From: Acidobacteriota bacterium
GTDB taxonomy: Bacteria; Acidobacteriota; UBA890; WLXD01
NCBI GenBank assembly: GCA_965248695.1
Contig: CBDFKD010000002.1
Location: 3,264,001 to 3,328,000, forward strand
Direction: 5' to 3'
DNA: 64,000 nt
Under the pieces are notes generated by a model. It did no database searches. It saw nothing but the letters and a program-made list of their open reading frames with translations, and had not been told where the DNA came from. Shown here piece after piece: positions 19,951-29,105 of this stretch (the first letter of the stretch is position 1; each line of letters begins with the position of its first letter). A program made the position numbers and the translations under genes.

Positions 19951-21063
19951 ATGTCGACCACCCCGACCTTGGAGCCGGAGCTGGAAGGCCGCGTCGCCGC
20001 GGCCCGCGCGGCGCTCGATGAGCAGGTCCGCAGCATTGTCGCCTGGCACTTCGACCCCGCCACCGGCTGCCCGTTTTGGTTGCAGTGGGCCGGCGAGCAG
20101 GACTGGGATCCGCGCGACGTCATCGGCGGCTTCGCCGACCTGGTGAAGTTCGGTCACTTTCAGGACGAATGGTTGCGCGGCGGCCCGGTGCGGCGCTGGG
20201 TGCCGAAAGCGTACGCCGATCGCCCGGTGTTCACCTTCGAGACCGGTGGCACCACGGGCACGCCGAAGAGCCGCATCAACATCGACGACTTCCGCGTCGA
20301 CTACGAGCTCTTCTCCGACACGCTCCCGGAGGAACACTTCCCGCCCGGCGCCAACTGGCTGATGCTCGGTCCCAGCGGCCCTCGTCGCCTGCGACTCGCG
20401 GTCGAGCACCTGGCACATCATCGCGGCGGCATCTGCTTCTGCGTCGATCTAGACCCGCGCTGGGTGATCAAGCTCATCAGGAAGGGTTGGGCCGAGCACC
20501 TCAAGGCCTACCAGGAGCACGTCATCGACCAGGCGGTCACCATCCTGGAGTCGAACCACGAGATCCGTTGCCTGTTCAGCACCCCGAAGCTGCTCGAAGC
20601 GCTGGCGCTGCGGCTCGAGGACAAGGGCACGACGATTCGAGAGGCGGGCATCACCGGCATCTTCTCGGGCGGCACCGAGTTCACCCCGCAGTGGAATCGC
20701 TTCGCGCACGAGGAGCTGCTCGACGGCGCCTACATGACCCCGACCTACGGCAACACGCTCATGGGTCTGGCGGCGAGCTCGCCGAGCGGACCACACAACG
20801 GCTACAAGATCACCTACTACGCGCCGCAGCCGCGCGCGGCCGTGCAGGTCGTCGATCCCGACGACGCTACCCAGCTGGTGCCCTACGGCGAGACCGGACG
20901 CGTGATGCTGACCACGCTCACCAAGGAGTTCTTCATGCCGCGCTTCCTGGAGCGCGACGAGGGCGAGCGCGAGCTGCCCTACGAGAGCTACCCCTGGGAC
21001 GGCGTCAGCGGCGTGCGACCCTTTGCGCGCATCGCCAAGTCGACCACCGTGGGCGTGTACTGA
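19951..21063 (+). CDS. GriC/EhpF-like truncated adenylate-forming enzyme (PaaK/LuxE-like)
   Basis: AWHFDPATGCPFW, FETGGTTGTPK P-loop, GPSGP, VDLDPRWV, YGNTLMG, GETGRV, ERD, C-terminal GVY. Confidence 0.8.
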   Translation: MSTTPTLEPELEGRVAAARAALDEQVRSIVAWHFDPATGCPFWLQWAGEQDWDPRDVIGGFADLVKFGHFQDEWLRGGPVRRWVPKAYADRPVFTFETGGTTGTPKSRINIDDFRVDYELFSDTLPEEHFPPGANWLMLGPSGPRRLRLAVEHLAHHRGGICFCVDLDPRWVIKLIRKGWAEHLKAYQEHVIDQAVTILESNHEIRCLFSTPKLLEALALRLEDKGTTIREAGITGIFSGGTEFTPQWNRFAHEELLDGAYMTPTYGNTLMGLAASSPSGPHNGYKITYYAPQPRAAVQVVDPDDATQLVPYGETGRVMLTTLTKEFFMPRFLERDEGERELPYESYPWDGVSGVRPFARIAKSTTVGVY

Positions 21064-21106
21064 TCCGCGATCAACCGACGACACCCACAACCCGAGCTGC
21101 CTGACA

Positions 21107-22525
21107 ATGATTCACTTTCCCGTCCTTCGCTGGGGCGAGCCTTACGAGAGCCTCGAGACCGAGGAGGTCGTCCACTTCGCCACCGGTGAGCCCGTTGCCC
21201 GGGTCAGCCAGGCGAGCCAGGGGATGGTGGCGCGCGACATGCGCAAGGCGCAGCGGGCGCGCAACGTTCTGCGCGAGGTGGCACCGGCCGACCTGCTGAC
21301 CATGGCCAAGAAAGCCGGCGAGCTGTTCATGACCGCCGACCTGCCGCTCGGCGACGGCACCCAGTCGCCCGACGACTTCGTGCTGCAGCAATCCGCCACC
21401 ACCGGCCTGTCCGAGCACATGTGCCGCATGAACATGGACAAGCTGCGCTTCGTACTCGACCACATGGACGAGATCCTCGAGTCGCTCACCCGCCATCTGG
21501 ATCTGGATATCCTGGCGCGCGGCTTCGGCGAGGAGGGCGGCGTCATGCGCAGCTACCAGGCGACCACCGACGCCTTGGGCATGGTGCTGCCATCGAACTC
21601 TCCCGGCGTGCACACCCTCTGGCTGCCGATCATTCCGCTGCAGATCGGACTCGTGCTCAAGCCAGGTCCGCAGGAGCCCTGGACACCGTGGCGCATGTCG
21701 CAAGCGTTCTTCGCCGCCGGCGTACCGCGCCAGGCGATCGCCGTTTACCCGGGGGGCCCCGATGTCGGCGCCGGGGTGCTCAACAACACCCAGCGCAGCC
21801 TCATCTTCGGCGGCCTGCCGACGGTCGAGCAGTACCGCGGCAACCACGGCGTGCAGGTGCACGGCCCCGGCTTCAGCAAGATCCTCTTCGGCGACGACAT
21901 GGTCGATGATTGGGAGCAGCACCTCGACCTGATGGTTGACTCGGTGCTGGTGAACTCCGGTCGCTCGTGCATCAACTGCTCGGGCATCTGGGCGTCACGT
22001 CATACACGCGAGATTGCCGCCGCCCTGGCCTCACGACTGGCCGCCGTCGAGGCCCTTCCGCCCGACAACGACGACGCCGAGCTGGCGGCGTTCACCGTCC
22101 CCGGACAGGCCAAGGCGATCTCCGAGGACATCGACGCCAATCTCGATTCCGACGGTGTGGAAGACATCACGGCGCCGTACCGCGACGCCGGCCGACTGGT
22201 GCAACAAGAGCGCTGCGACTACCTGCTACCGACGGTGGTCCACTGCGACTCGGCCGAGCGCGCCATGGCGGGCAAGGAGTACATGTTCCCCTTCGTGACC
22301 GTGGTCGAGTGTCCCCAGGAGCAGATGATCGGCGCCATCGGCGACACCCTCGTGGCCAGCGCCATCACCGAGGACGAGGCTTTCCGACAGCGCCTCCTGG
22401 ACGCCCACAACATCGATCGGCTCAACTTCGGAGCCATCCCGACGATCCAGCTCAACTGGCTGCAGCCGCACGAAGGCAACATCGTCGACTTTCTCTACCG
22501 GGCACGGGCTTTCCAAAGCGCCTGA
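21107..22525 (+). CDS. GriD/EhpG-like aldehyde dehydrogenase-fold (acyl-AMP reductase) protein
   Basis: PSNSPGVHTLW, KPGPQEPWT, HGPGFSK, NSGRSCINCS, EYMFPF, PHEGNIVDFL. Confidence 0.8.
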   Translation: MIHFPVLRWGEPYESLETEEVVHFATGEPVARVSQASQGMVARDMRKAQRARNVLREVAPADLLTMAKKAGELFMTADLPLGDGTQSPDDFVLQQSATTGLSEHMCRMNMDKLRFVLDHMDEILESLTRHLDLDILARGFGEEGGVMRSYQATTDALGMVLPSNSPGVHTLWLPIIPLQIGLVLKPGPQEPWTPWRMSQAFFAAGVPRQAIAVYPGGPDVGAGVLNNTQRSLIFGGLPTVEQYRGNHGVQVHGPGFSKILFGDDMVDDWEQHLDLMVDSVLVNSGRSCINCSGIWASRHTREIAAALASRLAAVEALPPDNDDAELAAFTVPGQAKAISEDIDANLDSDGVEDITAPYRDAGRLVQQERCDYLLPTVVHCDSAERAMAGKEYMFPFVTVVECPQEQMIGAIGDTLVASAITEDEAFRQRLLDAHNIDRLNFGAIPTIQLNWLQPHEGNIVDFLYRARAFQSA

Positions 22526-22569
22526 ACACGTGGTCGCGGGTGACCATCCCGAGTACAAAGCCGAACCGT

Positions 22570-22965
22570 CTATTGACTCGCGAGCACATCCACCAGGTTC
22601 GACTCGATGATCTTCTTGTCGGCGGTGACCAGCGTCAGATCGAGCGCCCGGGCCGTAGCCACCAGGATCCGATCTCCTGGGTCGCGAGATCGGAGTTTCA
22701 GGGTCGGCATCTCTAGCGCTACGACGCGCGAAAACCTCGCGTCCCGCATGGGAGTGCGGCGTAAGGCATCTTCCATCCACTCTCTCGGCGTAGGGGGAAA
22801 CTGCATTCGCCCGCGATCGGCAAGGAGCGTTGCCTCCCAGATCGAAGCCGGCGACAGCCAGAGCTCGGTGGCAGGTGAGACTAGAGCACTGCGTACCGAC
22901 TCACCGAGCCGCTCGGGTGCCAAGTGCGCCCAGAGCCAGATGTGGGTGTCGAGCAGCAGCTTCAC
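22570..22965 (-). CDS. vapC: Type II toxin, PIN domain
   Basis: LLLDTHIWLW, SPASIWE, RDPGDRILVATA, LVTAD. Confidence 0.93.
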   Translation of the reverse strand: MKLLLDTHIWLWAHLAPERLGESVRSALVSPATELWLSPASIWEATLLADRGRMQFPPTPREWMEDALRRTPMRDARFSRVVALEMPTLKLRSRDPGDRILVATARALDLTLVTADKKIIESNLVDVLASQ

Positions 22966-23231
22966 TCGCGCGCTACGTCCCAGTCGTCGAGATCGCCGAT
23001 AGGTCCGACAATGTCGCCCAGGATCCGAGCCGTTCCCCGCATGTCGCCCAACCAGTCGTCGGCTCGGCGGAATGGGTCTACCGGAACCACCTTTGCCACC
23101 GGTGCTCCGAATCGAGTCACCAGCACCGGCTGCCCCGTGTGTCGTACTTTTTCCATCACGGCAAGGCAGGTGGCTTTGAACTTCGAGATCGCGATTTCTT
23201 CGATGTGATCTTCCTTCGCGTCTTCGTACAT
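22962..23231 (-). CDS. Phd/YefM family antitoxin
   Basis: IAISKFKATCL..MEKV, VLVTRFGAPVAKVVP, GDIVGP; 4-bp overlap with the toxin gene. Confidence 0.92.
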   Translation of the reverse strand: MYEDAKEDHIEEIAISKFKATCLAVMEKVRHTGQPVLVTRFGAPVAKVVPVDPFRRADDWLGDMRGTARILGDIVGPIGDLDDWDVARE

Positions 23232-23253
23232 CGAGTCAATGTAACATGAACTC

Positions 23254-23272
23254 ACCATAGTCTGACTATGGT
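23254..23272. promoter_or_regulatory. TA autoregulatory operator palindrome ACCATAGTC-T-GACTATGGT
   Basis: Perfect 9-bp inverted repeat about 23 bp upstream of the antitoxin ATG. Confidence 0.75.
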
Positions 23273-23360
23273 CGATCGTTGGCCGAGAAATGAGCACGGG
23301 AATGTCTCACTGCTGCAAACCCGGGCGCCGCTCCGGTTCCGAGGGGAACGCGCGGATGCC

Positions 23361-26300
23361 TCAGTCCGGAGTCGACAGCAGCCGTTCCAATTGATCTAGA
23401 TGGCCGTCGAGCTCGGCTTTCAATTCCTCGTGGCGGGCGATCGCATCGCCGCTGGGGCGTTGATCGGCGCGATTGAGGTTGTCGTAGAGGTACTGCAGCT
23501 GGTTGACCAGCATGACCGGTGTGTAGCGACGTGGTGAATCCACTAGCGCGCACCGGATTTCCAGCAGTTCCGGCGGGATCTCGTCGCCCCGCTTCGCGAT
23601 TGCCTCCCGGAGGCGGTCGACGGCCAGGTTGGCGGCGCTGTATGTGTCGCGTACGCGCAACGACAGCCCCGCCTGGGCGCGAACGTCGGCGACCGAGATA
23701 CCCTCGGCGGCAACGCGCGGATCCATCACCACCTCCAGCTCGACACTCGCCAACCAATCCCCCTGCGACATTCGCGCGGTGTAGCTGCCGGGAGGGACCA
23801 TCGGACCGCCCTGCCCAGAGCGACGACGGCCGGCGGCGGCGTACCAGGGCCCCGGATAGCGTAGATTCCATACATACCGATGCAATCCGGCACTCTTGTC
23901 GAGCCGTGCGGTGCCGGCGCGCTCGAGTCGCCACTCGCGCATGCCAGGCTCCGCCACGACGACCGTCTCGCCGGGGTCGGCGCTCGACAGCCGGCGGATG
24001 ACCCGACCTCGAGCATCGAGGATCTCAAGTATCAGGTCGCCCTGCGGCTCGTGCGCCAGCCAGTAGTCGATGCTGGCGCCCGGGCGCGGATACTGCGGGT
24101 CGGCGGGACGCCGTTGGCGGGACGAGAACCCGCCGCCGCCGCGAAATCGGACCGCGTCACGCACGGCGAACAGATGCGCCGGCGCCCCCACCACAGCGTC
24201 GCTGATCTCGCGCAGCGGCGTGAGGTTGTACAGAATCCAGAAGCTGCGACCCATGGTCGAGAAAACCAAGTCGCCATCGAGAACCTTGATGTCGGTCACC
24301 GGCACCGCCGGCAAGTTCAGCTGCAGGGATTGCCACTGCGCTCCATCGTCGAACGACACGAACATGCCGAACTCGGTGCCGGCGTAGAGCAGCCCCTCAC
24401 GAACCGGATCCTCGCGCACGACGCGCACCGGATGATCGGCCGGAATGCCGTTGTCGCCTGTCGTGATGCGCCTCCAGCTGGCGCCGTAGTCGCCGGTGCG
24501 GAAAACGTAGGGGCCGAAATCGCCCATCTGGTACAGCAACACGGATGCGTAGGCCTTGGCAGGGTCGTGCGGTGACACCTCGATGGTCTGCACACGGCCA
24601 TAGCGCCCGAGCTCGCTGGGGGTAACGTCCTGCCAGCTGGAGCCGCCGTCACGCGTCACGTGGATCGGTCCATCGTTGGCGCCGGCCCAGATGACGCCGT
24701 ACTCGTGCGGGCTTTCCTGCACCTCGTACAACACGCTGAAGTGCTCCTCGCCGGTGACGTCGAGTGTGATCGGCGAGCCTGAGACCACCTGGGTCTCGGG
24801 ATCGAACGCGGTGAGGTCGGGCGAGATCGTCTGCCAGGTAACGCCACCGTCCTCGGTCACGTGCAGGTACTGCGAGGCGTGATAGACGCGATCCGGATCG
24901 TGCGGCGACACGTGGACCGGCACGGTGCGCTGGAATCGATACGGCAGGTCCTTGGGGTTGCGGCCATAGAGGTTCCAGTAGCCGACGTAGTAATGCTGCT
25001 CCTGGCCGGTGCGCCGATTGAACACCCCGAAGCGGCCTTTGCAGTTGGCGTAGACGATGTCGGGATCGCCCGGCTTCGGCACCGCCGGGCCGGTCTCACA
25101 ACCGCCGTGCTCCTGCCAGTACGCCTGCTGGCCGCCGGCGCGGTTGCTCAACGGCAGGCTGGGAACCGAGATCGTGCTGTTGTCCTGCTGCCCGGCGAAC
25201 AATCGGTACGGGAACTCGTCGGACACATCCACCTGGTACAGCTCGGCTGTGGGCTGATTGGTCTGCGTCGACCAGGTCGCACCGCCGTCGCGCGTGATGT
25301 TGGCGCCGCCATCGTTGCTCTGTATCCACAGGTCCGGGTCGGCAGGACTCACCCACAGGTCGTGGTTGTCGCCGTGCGGTACACGGCGGGACGTCCAGGT
25401 CTGGCCGCCGTCCTCGGATTGGTAGAAACCCTCCGCCATGCCCCACAGCCGATCGGCGTTGGTAGGGTCGGCGTGCAGGTTGCAGTAGTAGAACGGCCGG
25501 TTGCGGATGGGCTGAAAGTCAGTCACCTGTGCCCAGGTCTCACCGCGATCGTCGGACCGGTAGACGCCGCCGGCCGACTCAGGCGCCTCGATCAGCACGT
25601 AGACGCGCTCCGGGGCGGCGGCGGACACCGCGAGATCGGACTTTCCGCGCAGCCCTGTAGGCAGACCATCGGTGAGGCGACGCCAGCTATCGCCGCCGTC
25701 GTCCGATTTGAAGACCCCACCCTCCATGCCGCCCGACAGGATCGTCCAGGGCTTGCGCTCGGTCTCCCACATGCTGGCGTAGACGGTCTCGGGCTGGCCC
25801 GGCGCGAACTCCAGGTCGACTGCGCCGGTCTTGTCGGAAACGAAGAGCACATGCTCCCAGCTGCTGCCGCCGTCGCGGCTGCGGTAGATGCCACGCTCGG
25901 GGTTGGGGGCGAACGGATTGCCGATGGCGGCCACGTAGACGATGTCGGGGTTTCCGGGATGAATCAGCACCGAGCCGGTGTTGCCGGTGTCCTCGAGGCC
26001 GATATGGGTCCACGTGGCCCCGGCGTCGGTCGATTTGTAGACCCCCTTACCGATGATGACGTTGCTACGCAGGCCGTCGGAGCCGGTCGAGACGTAGAGG
26101 ATGTCGGGACTCGACTCGGCCACCGCGATCGCGCCAATGGAGCCGGTGGCAAAGACACCGTCGGAGATCGGAAACCAGTCGTGGCCGTAGTCGGTGGTTT
26201 TCCACACCCCACCGCCGCTGGCGCCCATGTAGAAGGTCCCCGGCTGCGCGCGGTGACCGGCCACCGCCGTCACTCGACCGCCGCGCGAGGGCCCGACCAT

Positions 26301-26444
26301 GTGGTACCGCAGGCCGGACAGCATCGACTCCGGAACCGGACCATCCGGAGACACCGGCGCTGACCGGGCATGGGCGCCGCTCGGCCCGGCAGTCAGCCCG
26401 GCAACTAGAAGGATGGCCAACGGAATCGCCGACTTACCGCGCAT
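23361..26444 (-). CDS. VPS10/sortilin-like BNR-repeat (glycosyl hydrolase-like) secreted protein
   Basis: Signal peptide, GPSRGGRV, many S.D.G.TW Asp-boxes, HGDNH, GQQDN, C-terminal Ig-like domain and coiled coil. Confidence 0.9.
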   Translation of the reverse strand: MRGKSAIPLAILLVAGLTAGPSGAHARSAPVSPDGPVPESMLSGLRYHMVGPSRGGRVTAVAGHRAQPGTFYMGASGGGVWKTTDYGHDWFPISDGVFATGSIGAIAVAESSPDILYVSTGSDGLRSNVIIGKGVYKSTDAGATWTHIGLEDTGNTGSVLIHPGNPDIVYVAAIGNPFAPNPERGIYRSRDGGSSWEHVLFVSDKTGAVDLEFAPGQPETVYASMWETERKPWTILSGGMEGGVFKSDDGGDSWRRLTDGLPTGLRGKSDLAVSAAAPERVYVLIEAPESAGGVYRSDDRGETWAQVTDFQPIRNRPFYYCNLHADPTNADRLWGMAEGFYQSEDGGQTWTSRRVPHGDNHDLWVSPADPDLWIQSNDGGANITRDGGATWSTQTNQPTAELYQVDVSDEFPYRLFAGQQDNSTISVPSLPLSNRAGGQQAYWQEHGGCETGPAVPKPGDPDIVYANCKGRFGVFNRRTGQEQHYYVGYWNLYGRNPKDLPYRFQRTVPVHVSPHDPDRVYHASQYLHVTEDGGVTWQTISPDLTAFDPETQVVSGSPITLDVTGEEHFSVLYEVQESPHEYGVIWAGANDGPIHVTRDGGSSWQDVTPSELGRYGRVQTIEVSPHDPAKAYASVLLYQMGDFGPYVFRTGDYGASWRRITTGDNGIPADHPVRVVREDPVREGLLYAGTEFGMFVSFDDGAQWQSLQLNLPAVPVTDIKVLDGDLVFSTMGRSFWILYNLTPLREISDAVVGAPAHLFAVRDAVRFRGGGGFSSRQRRPADPQYPRPGASIDYWLAHEPQGDLILEILDARGRVIRRLSSADPGETVVVAEPGMREWRLERAGTARLDKSAGLHRYVWNLRYPGPWYAAAGRRRSGQGGPMVPPGSYTARMSQGDWLASVELEVVMDPRVAAEGISVADVRAQAGLSLRVRDTYSAANLAVDRLREAIAKRGDEIPPELLEIRCALVDSPRRYTPVMLVNQLQYLYDNLNRADQRPSGDAIARHEELKAELDGHLDQLERLLSTPD

Positions 26445-26657
26445 GGGGATCTCCGCGACGCCAGGTGCGAGGCACCCTCGTCGACTGTTTGTGGTGTACG
26501 GCTGGACTCAGATGACCTCAGGCGGCCCTCATTCTGCCAGCTATGCCGCCGTGTTCGTTCACACCGTCGGTTTTCACTGTTCACCGTCTTGTATTGGTGC
26601 CACCAACCGGATTCAATACCGCTGGGCTAAATCCGTGGGGGATTGGAGCGCTACAGA

Positions 26658-27071
26658 ATGGAAATGAAGACTCAATCGCCCCCGAAGTCCGGCCCTCGCC
26701 CGGTTGATGTCGACGCCGAGCCCTGCACACTCGGCCGCGAGGTCAACTTCAAAGGGACCCTCGAGGCCACCGAAGACCTGACCATTCTCGGTCGTGTCGA
26801 AGGCAAGATCCTGGCCAAGGGTGCTCTCATCATCGGTAAGGAAGCCAACGCCACCGCTACCGTCGAGGGCAAGCGAATCCTGGTTCTCGGCCGCGTGAAG
26901 GGCAACATTCGCGGCACCGAGCGCATCGAGCTCGGTCCCACAGCGACCGTCTATGGCGACGTCGCGGCGCCGGTGATCCAGATCTCCGAAGGGGCTCAGT
27001 TCGAGGGGCGCGTGCACCGTCCCGGCAAAACCGACACGGGCCGCGTTATCGGACGTCTACTGGGACGCTGA
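26658..27071 (+). CDS. Polymer-forming cytoskeletal protein (bactofilin, CcmA family)
   Basis: LGREVNFKGTL, LTILGRVEGKI, GRVKGNI, VYGDV, ISEGAQFEG beta-helix. Confidence 0.93.
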   Translation: MEMKTQSPPKSGPRPVDVDAEPCTLGREVNFKGTLEATEDLTILGRVEGKILAKGALIIGKEANATATVEGKRILVLGRVKGNIRGTERIELGPTATVYGDVAAPVIQISEGAQFEGRVHRPGKTDTGRVIGRLLGR

Positions 27072-27819
27072 GACCCGGCCGCTCCGGGACAGAGTGCTCC
27101 GGCACCGAGCCTCCCCAGCGGGCGTAGATGAGCTCTGCCAGCCGACCGAAGTCGTCGAGTGACTTCGGGTCGGCGGGGATCTCACGCCCCCAGGAAGCCT
27201 GCGCCAGCGTGGCGTTGGTCCGGATCGGCGGAGCGAGGATATGGGCGCACTCCGTCCGCAGGTCGGCCACGGCACGATCCGAGCTGGACGTGCGACGGTC
27301 ATACATCGTCGGTACGACGTAGTCGGGTTCGCGCCCGAGCGTGTCTTCAACCGCCTGCCACGTCCGCCCCAGAGCCGCCAGCGGTAAGTAGCCGCCGTCG
27401 ACCGACACCGGCACGATGATCTCCGGTCGGCCGGCGCGGAGAAACGCCTCCGAGAGACCGCTCGCACCCGCCGCGGTATCGACGATCATCATGTCGGCGG
27501 GAATCTCCTTGGCGTAGGGCGGAATCTCACTCGCTGTTCGGCGTGCGATGAGGTCCAGCATCACCGGGTCGCCAGTGGGCACCACATGCAACCCGTCGCG
27601 GATGGAAATAGCGGCGAAGCGGGGGTTGAGCGTCCCCACCGGGGTCTCGGCCAGCCCACGCCGTCCCTGGAGGCTGAACCAGCTAGTCAAGCTTCCCTGC
27701 GGATCGGCGTCGCACACCACCGCCCGATAGCCGTGACGTGCGAACGCAGCCGCCAGACCGCAGGCGAGCGTCGTCTTGCCGACCCCACCCTTGCTGTTGA
27801 AAACAACGAAACGTCGCAC
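27046..27819 (-). CDS. ParA/Soj family ATPase (orphan, no parB)
   Basis: Deviant Walker A SKGGVGKTT, DADPQGSLT, IVDT, VPTMYDRRT, IRTNATLAQA; GTG start after GAGGA. Confidence 0.9.
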   Translation of the reverse strand: MRRFVVFNSKGGVGKTTLACGLAAAFARHGYRAVVCDADPQGSLTSWFSLQGRRGLAETPVGTLNPRFAAISIRDGLHVVPTGDPVMLDLIARRTASEIPPYAKEIPADMMIVDTAAGASGLSEAFLRAGRPEIIVPVSVDGGYLPLAALGRTWQAVEDTLGREPDYVVPTMYDRRTSSSDRAVADLRTECAHILAPPIRTNATLAQASWGREIPADPKSLDDFGRLAELIYARWGGSVPEHSVPERPGLSVPVDVR

Positions 27820-27935
27820 CAGATCCTCGCCTCGGACGCGCGGCGACGCGCTTTGGCGTCGGGCTGCCAACGGTCAGGGGGCGCCTATTGTCGGCGATCC
27901 CGGTCGGGCTTGTCGAGGGGGTCGCCGCTACGCGC

Positions 27936-29105
27936 TCACGGGCACAACGTCGCCGCGGCGATGGCGCCGTACCCGCGCCTGGCCGCCAGCAACTGCGCAA
28001 CTTCGAGGTATTCGTCGACGACGTGTGCCTGACCCTCCCGCGAGGGGCCGTAGCCGATCGTCGGAACCCCGGCATGGCCGGCGCTGTACGCGGCGTTGGT
28101 GCAGAACTGGTAGCTACGCAATCCGGGCGTCTGGTCAACTCGAGTCAGCGCCGCCATCGATCGGGTCACCAGCTCGTGCGTTTCCGGCAGCTTCCAGGGA
28201 GCAAACCACTTCGGCACCTCCCATCGAACGCCCGTATACGTCGCGTAGTCGGCGGTAGCGAGGCGGATCTCAACGTCGCCGACGCCGGCATCGGCGCAAA
28301 CCGCTCCCAACTCCTCGCGTAGCGCCTCCTCGGTCTCGCCAGGTAGCAGCCGGCGCTCGTAGGTAGCGCGGCAACCGCTCGGCACAACCGAGTGTGCCGG
28401 GTGTGGAATCGAGATGATGTCGGTGAGGCACATGACACCGTCGCCAACGAACGGGTCACTGCGCATCGGCAGTGCCTCGATCTGCTCGATCACCGCCCGC
28501 ATCGAATGCACCGCATTGACGCCCTTTTCGGGAGTCGACGCGTGCGACGGCACACCGGTGGTAGCCACGACCCACTCGGCGCGGCCGCGGCCGGCGCGCA
28601 CGATGTCGAGCTCTGAGGCTTCGCCAATGACCACGAAGTCGGCGCCGTGCCGCTGCATGACGACGCGCAAGGCCGCCCCTTCGAGAAGCTCCTCGCCGAC
28701 CGAGGCAGAGACCACCGCGCGGCCCCTTAGCTTCGATCGATCGAGCCTGCCGATACCGTGGATCATCGCCGCCAGCGCACCTTTCATGTCCGAGCTGCCA
28801 CGGCCGTATATTCGTCCGTCGACGGTTTCTCCTCCGAACGGATCGTGCGACCAGGCCGAGCGTGGGTGGACGTCGACGGTGTCCATGTGGGCGTCGAACA
28901 GAATCGTCGGACCCGCGCCGGCCCCCTGAACCACGCCGACGGCATTGCCGGAAGCGTCGATCTCGACCTCGTCGTAGCCCAGCTGTCGCATTTCGGCGAC
29001 GACGCGCTCCGCTACCGGCTTTTCGCCGCCGAGGACGCTCGGAATGCGCACCAGGTCGGCGGTCAGCGAAACCAGGGCCGCGTCGCCTTCCGGCAGATCG
29101 ATCAT
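27936..29105 (-). CDS. M20/ArgE-DapE family metallopeptidase (YgeY-like)
   Basis: DAHMDTV, GRGSSDMKG, VGEE, IGEAS, HASTP..GVNA, GYGP..EGQAHVVDE. Confidence 0.9.
   Translation of the reverse strand: MIDLPEGDAALVSLTADLVRIPSVLGGEKPVAERVVAEMRQLGYDEVEIDASGNAVGVVQGAGAGPTILFDAHMDTVDVHPRSAWSHDPFGGETVDGRIYGRGSSDMKGALAAMIHGIGRLDRSKLRGRAVVSASVGEELLEGAALRVVMQRHGADFVVIGEASELDIVRAGRGRAEWVVATTGVPSHASTPEKGVNAVHSMRAVIEQIEALPMRSDPFVGDGVMCLTDIISIPHPAHSVVPSGCRATYERRLLPGETEEALREELGAVCADAGVGDVEIRLATADYATYTGVRWEVPKWFAPWKLPETHELVTRSMAALTRVDQTPGLRSYQFCTNAAYSAGHAGVPTIGYGPSREGQAHVVDEYLEVAQLLAARRGYGAIAAATLCP

Noticed and set aside
22570-23272. Mobile element or prophage around the TA module and ParA
   Set aside because: No integrase, transposase, phage genes or flanking att repeats seen.
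27936-29105. Selenium-metabolism cluster implied by the YgeY-like hydrolase
   Set aside because: No selenium-linked neighbours and no in-frame TGA recoding evident.
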